Positions 1 to 8,140 of a stretch of DNA of 19,984 nucleotides are shown one piece after another. The stretch spans positions 1 to 19,984 of the forward strand of contig JANVYQ010000018.1 in the NCBI GenBank assembly GCA_030059675.1. Direction: 5' to 3'. Source of the DNA: Candidatus Pelearchaeum maunauluense. Lineage in GTDB: Archaea; Thermoproteota; Nitrososphaeria_A; Caldarchaeales; Caldarchaeaceae. How positions within the stretch are numbered: position 1 is the stretch's first letter; each line of letters starts with the position of its first letter. A program made the position numbers and the translations under genes. The notes beneath the pieces were generated by a model. It had not been told where the DNA came from. It was given only the letters and a program-made list of their open reading frames with translations, and searched no databases.

Positions 1-2695
1 TCCTCTCCTCCTGACGCCTCTCGCCCCGCTCCCTCCTCTGCGTAGGCTTGGAGAACTTAAAGAGGCTAAAAACAGAGATTGCAGAAACACCAGCCACAGA
101 AGCGAAGACCATAACTTGATTATTAACGTTATTGACAACATAAGGTATTATGAACTCCTTATTATCTTCAACGGCGAAGTTGGATGTGAAGGTATGGTTA
201 TCCACGGTAAACATCCATTCATATTTCCCGCCAGCTATGTAAAACTCAGCCACCCCATCCTGGTTTGTGAATGCGGATTCAACTATATCACCGTCTCTAA
301 CTAGGTTTATGGAGACTCCCGGTATTGGCTTCTCGCTGATATCGACGAACTGTATAGAGACCTTATATACAGCAGCATTAAGCAGTAGCTCGGCATCGCT
401 ACGTAAGACTATGCTTTCGGCGGCGACCACGGTGCCCTTGAAATATGCTTGCACAGAATACTCTCCTTTAGGCAGCCTTACAACAAGCTTCCCATTCTCA
501 TTGGTTTCCCCTACTCTGATTTCCTTACCTCTATAGAGGAATGAAACCTTACTGGAGAGCGGCGTATCATCAGCCTTCCTCACCTCTACCGATAAGTAAT
601 AGACGTTTGTGTTAATATTCCTAACATCCTCCTCTATTGAGAGTGGGATGAGCTGGTCTAGTACTTCAACTCCCAGATACTTTACTGATAGCCTGTAGCT
701 CGCTGATGGTATGCTGGAGAACCTGACCTGGCCCTTTGTGATGTTCTCTGAGAACCTAGCTTGGCCTGAAAATATCTCAACATACCCATCATCGAGAGGC
801 TCTCCAGCAGCGTCTAGGATGTTGAAGGTAACGTCTATTATGCCTTTTGCCTTTATGTCTATCTGCTTGCTAGAGTCGAATGTTATCTCATCCTGCCTAT
901 AGACTGGGTTATCATAATATAGTATTTCTAGCCTATATTTTCCTATTGGTAGATTTTTCAACAATGCAATCCCCTGTTCATCGGTTATTCCTTCTCTTGA
1001 TATTTCGTCGCGTGAAACTATTACCGCTGCTGCAGGTATTGCTTTCTCACCGTCGGCGTCGAGGACCCTTATTCTTATGTTGAAGACGTCGGTGATTATA
1101 TCTAGATCCGTGTCGCCGTTTAATGCTATCTGCTCAAACCCTACTTTCACATTCTCGTAGAAGATTGTTATTTCATAGGTTATTGGTATTAGGCCAGTCA
1201 GCTCCAAGACTCCCTCGTCATTTGTGTCGAGTGTTTTGAGTTTCAATCCATCAACGGTGGATATGGTAATTGACGCCTTTATGGCTTCTCCGTCTGCGTT
1301 GAGTATGTTCAGCGTGAGGGTCCACATATCTGCCTTTAATATGACTCGTTGCTCATCCTCGTTTAGTGTAAATTCCCCAGTCCCTATTTCTTTCGTCCCA
1401 TACTTCAGGATATAGTCATACGTTCCTTTGGGGAGATTCTCAATACGTAAGGCTCTTTGCGTGGTTACCCCATCTACGCTGAATATATCACCCATCTGTA
1501 TGTTGACTTCTATCTCTGAGAGGAGTCGTTCGTCAAATACTCCTTCGGGGTCTATGTTGATTATGAGGTCGTAGAAACCTGCGTTTACGCTTGTGTCGGT
1601 GGGGGCTGTTATTGTGCCGTTAAACACCACTATGTTGCCCAGCTTTATGACTAGTCTATATTCTCCAGGGAATACGAGGCCGAAGTTGAGTTCTCCGTTT
1701 GTTGTTGTGGCTGGTGTTCCGAAGGGTGTTGAGCCCCCTATGTAGAGCTGTCCAGAGAGAGGGTATTTCTCGCCCTGAAGCACAGTAGAGCCATCACTGT
1801 CGTAGACCGTTATAGTATAGGTCTGGAGTGATGTCTCTATTGTTACTTCGTCATCTCCTGGGATTACTATTCCTGTTGAGGCTGTATAGACTACCACATC
1901 CCGATAGATTATCTGCACATAGTATGTTCCTTCAGGCATTAGAGTAAATTCCGCAAGCCCTTGAGAGCTTGTCGTTGTTTCTGCAAAAGGAGCAACGTTA
2001 TCGGCCGGCTCCGTGTTCCGCCATACCTTAACAACCGCATTAGGAACGTAGTTGCCCTGGGCATCTTTAACCCAAACCTTCAAAACATAAAGCGAAACAT
2101 CCAACGTAACCTGACTACCGTTAAAATTGAAACTTGAATCATATACTATGACACCTTTGTATTTCACTTCAACGTGATAATTTCCAAAAGGCATCTTTTG
2201 CAGAGTTACACTGCCCTCTGAGTTTGTGTTTGTGGAATTAAAAAGCCCAGTATAGCCGGTAAATGTGGTATTGACTTGCGCATTGGCTACGTTACGTGTA
2301 CCTGCGGCGTCTCTTACCCTTATGACCAAATCATCAACATCAACCCTGACGCTAGCAGAACCACGTGTGTTGTTCCATTCGCTAAAAGATGCATTACTAT
2401 ATACTATTATGCTCGAACTTCTATATGTTATCTCTAAGCCATTTGAATTCTTCCTAAATAATTTAGGGAATGTAGCATTTCCTGCAGAGTCCGTTACTCC
2501 TTCTACGCTTTTTCCGGTTCCATTTGCGTTCAGTATCTTTACAACAGCCCCCACCAGTACTGATTTTCCCGAGCGTGTTCTTACTTGAACGGTGATTCCC
2601 GTAGTATCACTTGTGGAATAAGCTGGTGATATCATATACGATAATATGAGTGCAAAGATAAGGGCACTAACCAATAGTATTTTAGCATTCTTCAT
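1..2695 (-). CDS. Large secreted, C-terminally membrane-anchored surface protein with ~10 tandem carboxypeptidase-regulatory-like/CnaB-type beta-sandwich repeats (3' end outside window)
   Basis: Manual translation from ATG at 2695: signal peptide MKNAKILLVSALIFALILSYMISPAYS. Repeated ~80-aa units of the type V.D..G....A.V...G.T...G......LP.G.Y.V...Y. Near the end is a TM segment VMVFASVAGVSAISVFSLF and a charged tail KFSKPTQRRERGERRQEER. N- and C-terminal parts are in the same frame (898 codons to the edge). Missing from the ORF track because there is no stop in the window. Confidence 0.88.
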   Translation of the reverse strand, partial: MKNAKILLVSALIFALILSYMISPAYSTSDTTGITVQVRTRSGKSVLVGAVVKILNANGTGKSVEGVTDSAGNATFPKLFRKNSNGLEITYRSSSIIVYSNASFSEWNNTRGSASVRVDVDDLVIRVRDAAGTRNVANAQVNTTFTGYTGLFNSTNTNSEGSVTLQKMPFGNYHVEVKYKGVIVYDSSFNFNGSQVTLDVSLYVLKVWVKDAQGNYVPNAVVKVWRNTEPADNVAPFAETTTSSQGLAEFTLMPEGTYYVQIIYRDVVVYTASTGIVIPGDDEVTIETSLQTYTITVYDSDGSTVLQGEKYPLSGQLYIGGSTPFGTPATTTNGELNFGLVFPGEYRLVIKLGNIVVFNGTITAPTDTSVNAGFYDLIINIDPEGVFDERLLSEIEVNIQMGDIFSVDGVTTQRALRIENLPKGTYDYILKYGTKEIGTGEFTLNEDEQRVILKADMWTLTLNILNADGEAIKASITISTVDGLKLKTLDTNDEGVLELTGLIPITYEITIFYENVKVGFEQIALNGDTDLDIITDVFNIRIRVLDADGEKAIPAAAVIVSRDEISREGITDEQGIALLKNLPIGKYRLEILYYDNPVYRQDEITFDSSKQIDIKAKGIIDVTFNILDAAGEPLDDGYVEIFSGQARFSENITKGQVRFSSIPSASYRLSVKYLGVEVLDQLIPLSIEEDVRNINTNVYYLSVEVRKADDTPLSSKVSFLYRGKEIRVGETNENGKLVVRLPKGEYSVQAYFKGTVVAAESIVLRSDAELLLNAAVYKVSIQFVDISEKPIPGVSINLVRDGDIVESAFTNQDGVAEFYIAGGKYEWMFTVDNHTFTSNFAVEDNKEFIIPYVVNNVNNQVMVFASVAGVSAISVFSLFKFSKPTQRRERGERRQEER

Positions 2696-2801
2696 AGCGG
2701 CTTCTTCGGCTTAGTTCTAGTTAATTAGAAGTATTTGACATTTAGCCCCTATTCGACGGAAATAGCTTATGGCGATATTTCTTGAGGATTCTAAAGCTGG
2801 T

Positions 2802-3341
2802 TTAGCGCGATGTGGCTAGGGTTTCTAGCGTCCATTTGACGGCGTTCACAATCTCGCGGAGCCGAGCCTCGTCACGGTAGTTTCTGACTCTAATCTCCCG
2901 CGCATGGTCATTATCATACACAACCTCATAGTTCATGGCGTACCCTGGGTCTAATCGTCCTTCATCAACGCGTTGGAGGTCTGCCTCAACCATCTGGTCA
3001 AGAACCTTCCTGAGCAAGAAGGAGTTAAACGGCCTATCATCGCGAAGCACTCTTATCTCAGGGTTGAAGATTATTCTGGCTTCTGTCCCCGTTAAAGCCA
3101 TGGTAGCGAGAAGCTGACCAGCCTTCCCACGTATCTTGCGTAGAGTCGCTTCCTCGGCCGCGCGTTGCTGTACTGTCTCAGCCCGCCTAAAGCTCTTACC
3201 AACCAGCTCCCTATCCACAAGCTCGGTAAGAATCCTTAGAAAATGTAGCTCCCGTTCAAGCTCGGCCATCCTAGCCTCAAGATAGCTCTTCAGCTCCGCA
3301 AGCTGCCTAACGTTATCCTGCTCCGAGCTCAAACCTACCAC
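2802..3341 (-). CDS. Hypothetical protein (179 aa), N-terminal coiled coil plus globular C-terminal domain
   Basis: Heptad-like QLAELKSYLEARMAELERELHFLRILTELVDREL. Fills the gap exactly and is co-oriented downstream of lig. No family motif recognised. Confidence 0.8.
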   Translation of the reverse strand: MVGLSSEQDNVRQLAELKSYLEARMAELERELHFLRILTELVDRELVGKSFRRAETVQQRAAEEATLRKIRGKAGQLLATMALTGTEARIIFNPEIRVLRDDRPFNSFLLRKVLDQMVEADLQRVDEGRLDPGYAMNYEVVYDNDHAREIRVRNYRDEARLREIVNAVKWTLETLATSR

Positions 3342-3400
3342 ACAGTCTTACTACAATAAATTGACAAACCCAGTTATCTCTTAAGTCTTTCACACCAAAC

Positions 3401-5191
3401 CTAGGCCTCTCCCTCAACCTGGCTTACACGTTCCTCGGCTATCTTCTTGAGCTGCCGCTTATACATCTCAACTATCTCATCTGTTGTTGTAGCATCTTCG
3501 GGTGCTTTATCGTCTCTTAGCCTACCAGTATAGCGGGGGAACCTGAGAGCCAAGCCGAAGTTCTTACGAGCCATATCCCAACCACAGGTGTGGGTGGGGC
3601 TTATTGTAATCTCAGCACCTATAATCTCAAGAACTATCTTAGGCTCGACCCAAACATCAGCCTCCATGATGGAATCCACGCGGGCATGTCTATGTGGGAT
3701 TATATGCGGTTTAAGCAGATTAACGAACATCTCCAAATCCTCATCAGTAAAGCCAGAGCCAACTTTACACACAGTTTGGAAGACATCTTTCTCCTTGTTA
3801 TAGGCCGCCATTAGAAGAGCGCCATACTTCCCACTTCGTTTCCCGCGTCCGTGAAAAGCGCCTACAATAACTAGGTCAACTGTGTCTATCATCTCGCTCT
3901 TATAGTCACGCTTATACTTTATCCAGAGCCAGCCGCGGGCACCTGCGCGGTAGATGGAATCTGGGCCTATGGCCTTTACGATAACACCCTCACAGCCAGA
4001 CTCTATAGCTTCTTGGAAGAAGCGCTCAAGCTGTTCAGCGTTTTCCACCACCATACCCTTACTGGGCCTACTCATGCTCGTCTCGCTTAAGATGGCTTCG
4101 AGCATCCTCCTACGTTCAAGGAAAGGTGAGAGAGTAAGGTCTTTCCCATCAACACAGAGGAGGTCGAAGAAAAATAGATTAACGGGATACTCCTCAACTG
4201 CGCGTTCGATCTCTTTCTTCCTCTTTCTATGCATAAGCTCCTGAAACGGGAGCATCTCTCCAGTATTGGCATCTATTGCAACTGTTTCACATTCAAGTAT
4301 GGCTTCATCCGCTTTAACACAGCTCCTCACCTGCTCCGCCACATCTGGATACTGGTTAGTTATGTTCTCCTGACGGCGCGAGAATATTATTACCTCATCG
4401 CGTTTCTTATGTATCTGCATCCTCTCGCCATCATATTTGTACTCTGCAAAGCCCGAGCCATCTAGTTTGTCAAGTATCTCCTCGGGGGAAGAGAGGCGTT
4501 CGGCCAGCATCGGCCTTATGGGCTTTCCTACTATGAGCTTGAAGTTCTTAATTCCTTCAAGCCCTTCTAACGCCGCTGTCTTAGCGACCAGGCCTATGTC
4601 TGAGCTTAGGTTGTACGCCCTCTCAAAATAGTCGCGCGCCTCTTTACTTCCGCCAAACACGATAGCCAGAGCATCTAGGATAGTCATATCAGCTATCCCA
4701 AGCCGCATCTTACCAGTAACTATACGTAGTATGTGCTTGGCCTCGATGGGCGAGGCCTGCGACAATAGACCAGAGAGAATCTGAAGCTTCGTCTCTATAG
4801 AGCCTGGCCCGCTTGCCTTTGCTATCCTCTCCAACGCGTTATAGACCGTTTCCACGGTTAGGGGTTCTTGGAACAGTGTCTGCTGTCCACGCCTCCCGAT
4901 TAGAGTTTCTGCAACAAGCCCTATGTCACCCAACCTAGCCATAAGCTCGTTTACCTGCTTCTCCGACGCGCCGCTCACCTGTCTAACAGCTCTCAGAGCC
5001 AGCTTATCAGCCACACCAAGCTCGAGACCCACATAAGCTGGATAAACCTCACCCAACGTAAGATACGCGACCTTATCAATAATCTCCCGCGGGGTTTTAT
5101 GGAATAATGAGACTAGCAGGTCTGTCATCTCAAGTCTTTTGCTAGTTCTTTCTATCTTTTCGTATAGTTCAACCAGCTCGCTGAATAGCAA
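3401..5191 (-). CDS. lig: Archaeal ATP-dependent DNA ligase
   Basis: Motif I EYKYDGER, motif IIIa FFFDLL, motif IV EGVIVK, motif V WIKYKRDY, motif VI LRFPRY..LRDDK; N-terminal DNA-binding domain; 596 aa. Confidence 0.98.
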   Translation of the reverse strand: MLFSELVELYEKIERTSKRLEMTDLLVSLFHKTPREIIDKVAYLTLGEVYPAYVGLELGVADKLALRAVRQVSGASEKQVNELMARLGDIGLVAETLIGRRGQQTLFQEPLTVETVYNALERIAKASGPGSIETKLQILSGLLSQASPIEAKHILRIVTGKMRLGIADMTILDALAIVFGGSKEARDYFERAYNLSSDIGLVAKTAALEGLEGIKNFKLIVGKPIRPMLAERLSSPEEILDKLDGSGFAEYKYDGERMQIHKKRDEVIIFSRRQENITNQYPDVAEQVRSCVKADEAILECETVAIDANTGEMLPFQELMHRKRKKEIERAVEEYPVNLFFFDLLCVDGKDLTLSPFLERRRMLEAILSETSMSRPSKGMVVENAEQLERFFQEAIESGCEGVIVKAIGPDSIYRAGARGWLWIKYKRDYKSEMIDTVDLVIVGAFHGRGKRSGKYGALLMAAYNKEKDVFQTVCKVGSGFTDEDLEMFVNLLKPHIIPHRHARVDSIMEADVWVEPKIVLEIIGAEITISPTHTCGWDMARKNFGLALRFPRYTGRLRDDKAPEDATTTDEIVEMYKRQLKKIAEERVSQVEGEA

Positions 5192-5277
5192 GGGAGGCTC
5201 CCTCTAGTAATTTAGGTTGCTTAGGCTGGATAATAATCATTATCTCATGACCATCTTGTTGTGGGAGTTTTACAGTC

Positions 5278-6222
5278 TTACTCTGGTATCTTCCGTAGCT
5301 CTGCTCCCCTATTTCTAGGCCTTCCAACAACTACCTCAACCTTCTCGCCGTAAATATCGCCTACCGATTCTCGGACCTGCTCTGCTGTGCGGTTTGAAGA
5401 CGTGAAGCCATAGACTGTTGGCCCCCATGAGCTCTGGCCAAGACCAGTTAACCCATATTCCCTAAAAACGTCCAGCACGCGCCGCCCTATTGAACTCGCT
5501 ATTACACCACCCTGAACATTCTTGAAAATATCCCCTACTAGCTGCTGAATCTCGCTAAGCGCATCACCAAACTCGTATAAGTCGTTATCTATAATTGCTG
5601 GAATAAGCTTAACAAGAACCAACCTAGATATCCTCTCTGGATATTTACTTGGCGGCTTTTGAAATGACCTCATGAACACCTCCCGTTCCTTCTCTTCGCT
5701 TAATCCCCGCTCATCACGCGGTATAGCCAGAACGACAATCCAATCACTGGGTACTTCAAGCCTAGTTATCAGACGGCTCCCAGCATAGTTTGTTGGTCTT
5801 TTTGCCCCATCTAATACAAACCCGCCTCTCTTGAATAGTTCAACACCAACGCTGGAGAGCTTACCGCGCCCTAGTAAGGTAGCCAGCTCATCTATGGTGT
5901 AGTTGAGACCATAAAGCTCGGAAGCCGCTCTCCCTATCGCTAGAGAGGTCTGCGTAGTAGCACCCAACCCCACGTGAAGTGGAAGAACGCTACTAGCCCT
6001 TAATCGCAGAGAAACATTCAGCCTATTAAGGACGTTAAAGAAAAGGCCCGCCAGGTCTTCTGGTAGATTTTCAGCCATTATCTTGTCGGACATCTCAAAA
6101 GAAGCGCTGAACGACGGGGGGTTAACAGCCATCCCCAATCCCCCATATAGGCGGCCAAGACTACCCTCTAGGTCTATTAGCCCGAAATGAAGCCTAGCAG
6201 GCGTCTCCACGACTACCTTCAT
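5278..6222 (-). CDS. mptG: Beta-ribofuranosylaminobenzene 5'-phosphate (RFA-P) synthase family, GHMP-kinase fold
   Basis: N-terminal TPARLHFGLIDL, GHMP loop PLHVGLGATTQ, GGFVLDG, C-terminal GLGQSSWGPTVY; divergent from mptA/mptE. Confidence 0.88.
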   Translation of the reverse strand: MKVVVETPARLHFGLIDLEGSLGRLYGGLGMAVNPPSFSASFEMSDKIMAENLPEDLAGLFFNVLNRLNVSLRLRASSVLPLHVGLGATTQTSLAIGRAASELYGLNYTIDELATLLGRGKLSSVGVELFKRGGFVLDGAKRPTNYAGSRLITRLEVPSDWIVVLAIPRDERGLSEEKEREVFMRSFQKPPSKYPERISRLVLVKLIPAIIDNDLYEFGDALSEIQQLVGDIFKNVQGGVIASSIGRRVLDVFREYGLTGLGQSSWGPTVYGFTSSNRTAEQVRESVGDIYGEKVEVVVGRPRNRGAELRKIPE

Positions 6223-6339
6223 AGCCTAAACTACTCTTATACGCAACAACCCGACCATAAGTTCCTATATTTTATCTTTCAACAAAGACATAATGTTTGT
6301 TCATTTCACCAAAACCATAAATCGCACATATGGTTATGA

Positions 6340-7269
6340 TTGTTGGTTGATAAGGGTTTGCATAAGATACCCGACGTGCATGCTGGCAGGCCGCTTGCCC
6401 CAATACCAATAACCTGGGTATCGCTAAAGGGCGTCAAGATACCATCGGTGGATTTCGTAGTTGACGGGATGAAACTAACGCTGGTCCCTCTGGTCGAGGC
6501 GTCGGTTAACCTGCCTGCAAGCCAACGCGGAATACATGCATCAAGAACCTACGAGGCAATAATAACAGCCATAAACCAGGCAAACAGAAAAGGCATAATG
6601 CTGGAAGAACTTGCGGGGGTAATAGCTGAGGAGCTGATTAGAAAACATCATTACTCTACAAAATCTAAGGTTAGAATAAAGTCAGAGGCCTACTTTAGGG
6701 AGCGCGCGCCAGTCACTTCGGCGGTTTCATACGAGGTGTTTCAGATAATCTTAGAGGCAACGGCCAGCAAGCTGGATGATGGTGTAGAGGTTAAGCGTTT
6801 TCTGGGCGCGCGCGTAACTGGACTGACAGCCTGCCCCTGTGCCAAGGAGATGGTTCGCGAAATTTATCGTAGCGTGAGTAACGGCGGCGTAGCAGAAGAC
6901 GCTCCCCTAGCTACGCATATGCAGAGGAGCTACGGCACAATTCTTGTTGAAGCGATAGACGACATGAAGGTCGTGGACCTTGTATCGATAATGCGCGGAT
7001 CGCTGAGCGCAGGTACTATTGAGCTACTCAAGCGGGAGGATGAGGCTAGGATAGTGCTTAATGCTTTAGAAAAAACACGATTTGTAGAAGATGCTGCACG
7101 CGAAGCAGCGGTCAAGTTGTTAAAGCGTTATCCAACCATGCCCGATAGTAATAGAATACTTATCAAAGTGGAGGCGCTGGAGAGCATACATAACCATAAT
7201 TTGGTTGCTGTTATCAGAGCATCAGTAGGGGAGATAAGGAATAAGATGACACGCAGCCTTGAAGCTTGA
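6340..7269 (+). CDS. mptA: GTP cyclohydrolase MptA/FolE2 family
   Basis: Motifs QRGIHASR, TACPCA, THMQR, LLKREDE, FVED, ESIHNH are typical of the FolE2/MptA T-fold enzymes. Confidence 0.9.
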   Translation: MLVDKGLHKIPDVHAGRPLAPIPITWVSLKGVKIPSVDFVVDGMKLTLVPLVEASVNLPASQRGIHASRTYEAIITAINQANRKGIMLEELAGVIAEELIRKHHYSTKSKVRIKSEAYFRERAPVTSAVSYEVFQIILEATASKLDDGVEVKRFLGARVTGLTACPCAKEMVREIYRSVSNGGVAEDAPLATHMQRSYGTILVEAIDDMKVVDLVSIMRGSLSAGTIELLKREDEARIVLNALEKTRFVEDAAREAAVKLLKRYPTMPDSNRILIKVEALESIHNHNLVAVIRASVGEIRNKMTRSLEA

Positions 7270-8038
7270 TGAATGGCTACGCTGGTATGAATGGATAGTG
7301 GAATACCTCAACCTCGACAGGGATAAGGATAGAGAGGCAGCTACTCTTCTATCCCGCCTCATTTGTAATAAGAGGATAGTTAGTGTAGAGAATCTAAAAT
7401 GGGAATTGAGAAAATTCAGGTACGTGATTATCTTTGGTGCGGGGCCTTCGCTTAAGCAGGACATCTCTCTGGCCAAGCCCATACTATCCAGAGATGGGGC
7501 TTGCGTAGTAGCGTGTGACGGCGCGGCGAAAGCATTATTGGAACAGGGTGTTAGACCGTTTCTAGTCGTAACAGACTTGGATGGTGATGCCGATACGTTG
7601 CTAAGTTGTTCTAGCAGGGGAGTAATAATGGCCGTACATGCTCACGGTGATAACATGGATAAGCTATCCTTAATCGTTCCTAAACTTAACGGCCCCTTAA
7701 TTGGCTCATCCCAAGTAGAGCCAACTGCGTGTCTAGTGAATTTTGGTGGTTTTACTGACGGAGACCGCGCAGTATTGTTGTGCGAGCATCTCGGATGTAA
7801 GTGCATTATTCTAGGCGGTATGGATTTTGGTAATGAGGTTGGAGAATACTCTAAGCCTTTTAGGGTTGAGGGGGGACTGCTTAGCCGAAAGTTAAAGAAG
7901 CTGGAGATAGGGAGGAGGATACTTGAGTGGCTGGCTCAGACAAGCGGCGCGGAGCTGATAGACGCAACAAGCGGTAGCGAGGGCATTAGAGGATTTAAAC
8001 GCCTAAGCTGGAGCGAGCTGGAGAAGAGGCTAAGCTAA
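7259..8038 (+). CDS. mptE: 6-hydroxymethyl-7,8-dihydropterin pyrophosphokinase (DUF115 family)
   Basis: GAGPSL, VVTDLDG, HAHGDN, FGGFTDGDRA, GMDFG motifs; overlaps the mptA end by 11 nt. Confidence 0.93.
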   Translation: MKLDEWLRWYEWIVEYLNLDRDKDREAATLLSRLICNKRIVSVENLKWELRKFRYVIIFGAGPSLKQDISLAKPILSRDGACVVACDGAAKALLEQGVRPFLVVTDLDGDADTLLSCSSRGVIMAVHAHGDNMDKLSLIVPKLNGPLIGSSQVEPTACLVNFGGFTDGDRAVLLCEHLGCKCIILGGMDFGNEVGEYSKPFRVEGGLLSRKLKKLEIGRRILEWLAQTSGAELIDATSGSEGIRGFKRLSWSELEKRLS

Positions 8039-8127
8039 ACCCTTATATCCACCTATAACGCGTTGCGAAGTCGGTGAAATGTCCCACCAAATTCTTTAAC
8101 TGCCCAGAATAGAAAGCCAGACCGAGT

Positions 8128-8133
8128 AGGTGA
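8128..8133 (+). promoter_or_regulatory. Shine-Dalgarno site of ileS (AGGTGA)
   Basis: AGGTGA 7 nt upstream of TTG 8141; TATA-like TTTAA at 8095-8099. Confidence 0.65.
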
Positions 8134-8140
8134 ATTTAGC

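Noticed and set aside
116-2588. Six short + strand ORFs in the track
   Set aside because: Antisense shadows of the long minus-strand surface-protein gene; no recognisable motifs.
3342-5282. 11-bp direct repeat ACAGTCTTACT at 3342-3352 and 5272-5282 flanking lig
   Set aside because: Could mimic a target-site duplication, but it encloses a core gene with no transposase, integrase or terminal repeats, and one copy overlaps the mptG stop. Compatible with chance.
8039-8140. T-box or other structured leader before ileS
   Set aside because: Too short, no T-box consensus, only 4-5 bp stems; T-boxes are bacterial.
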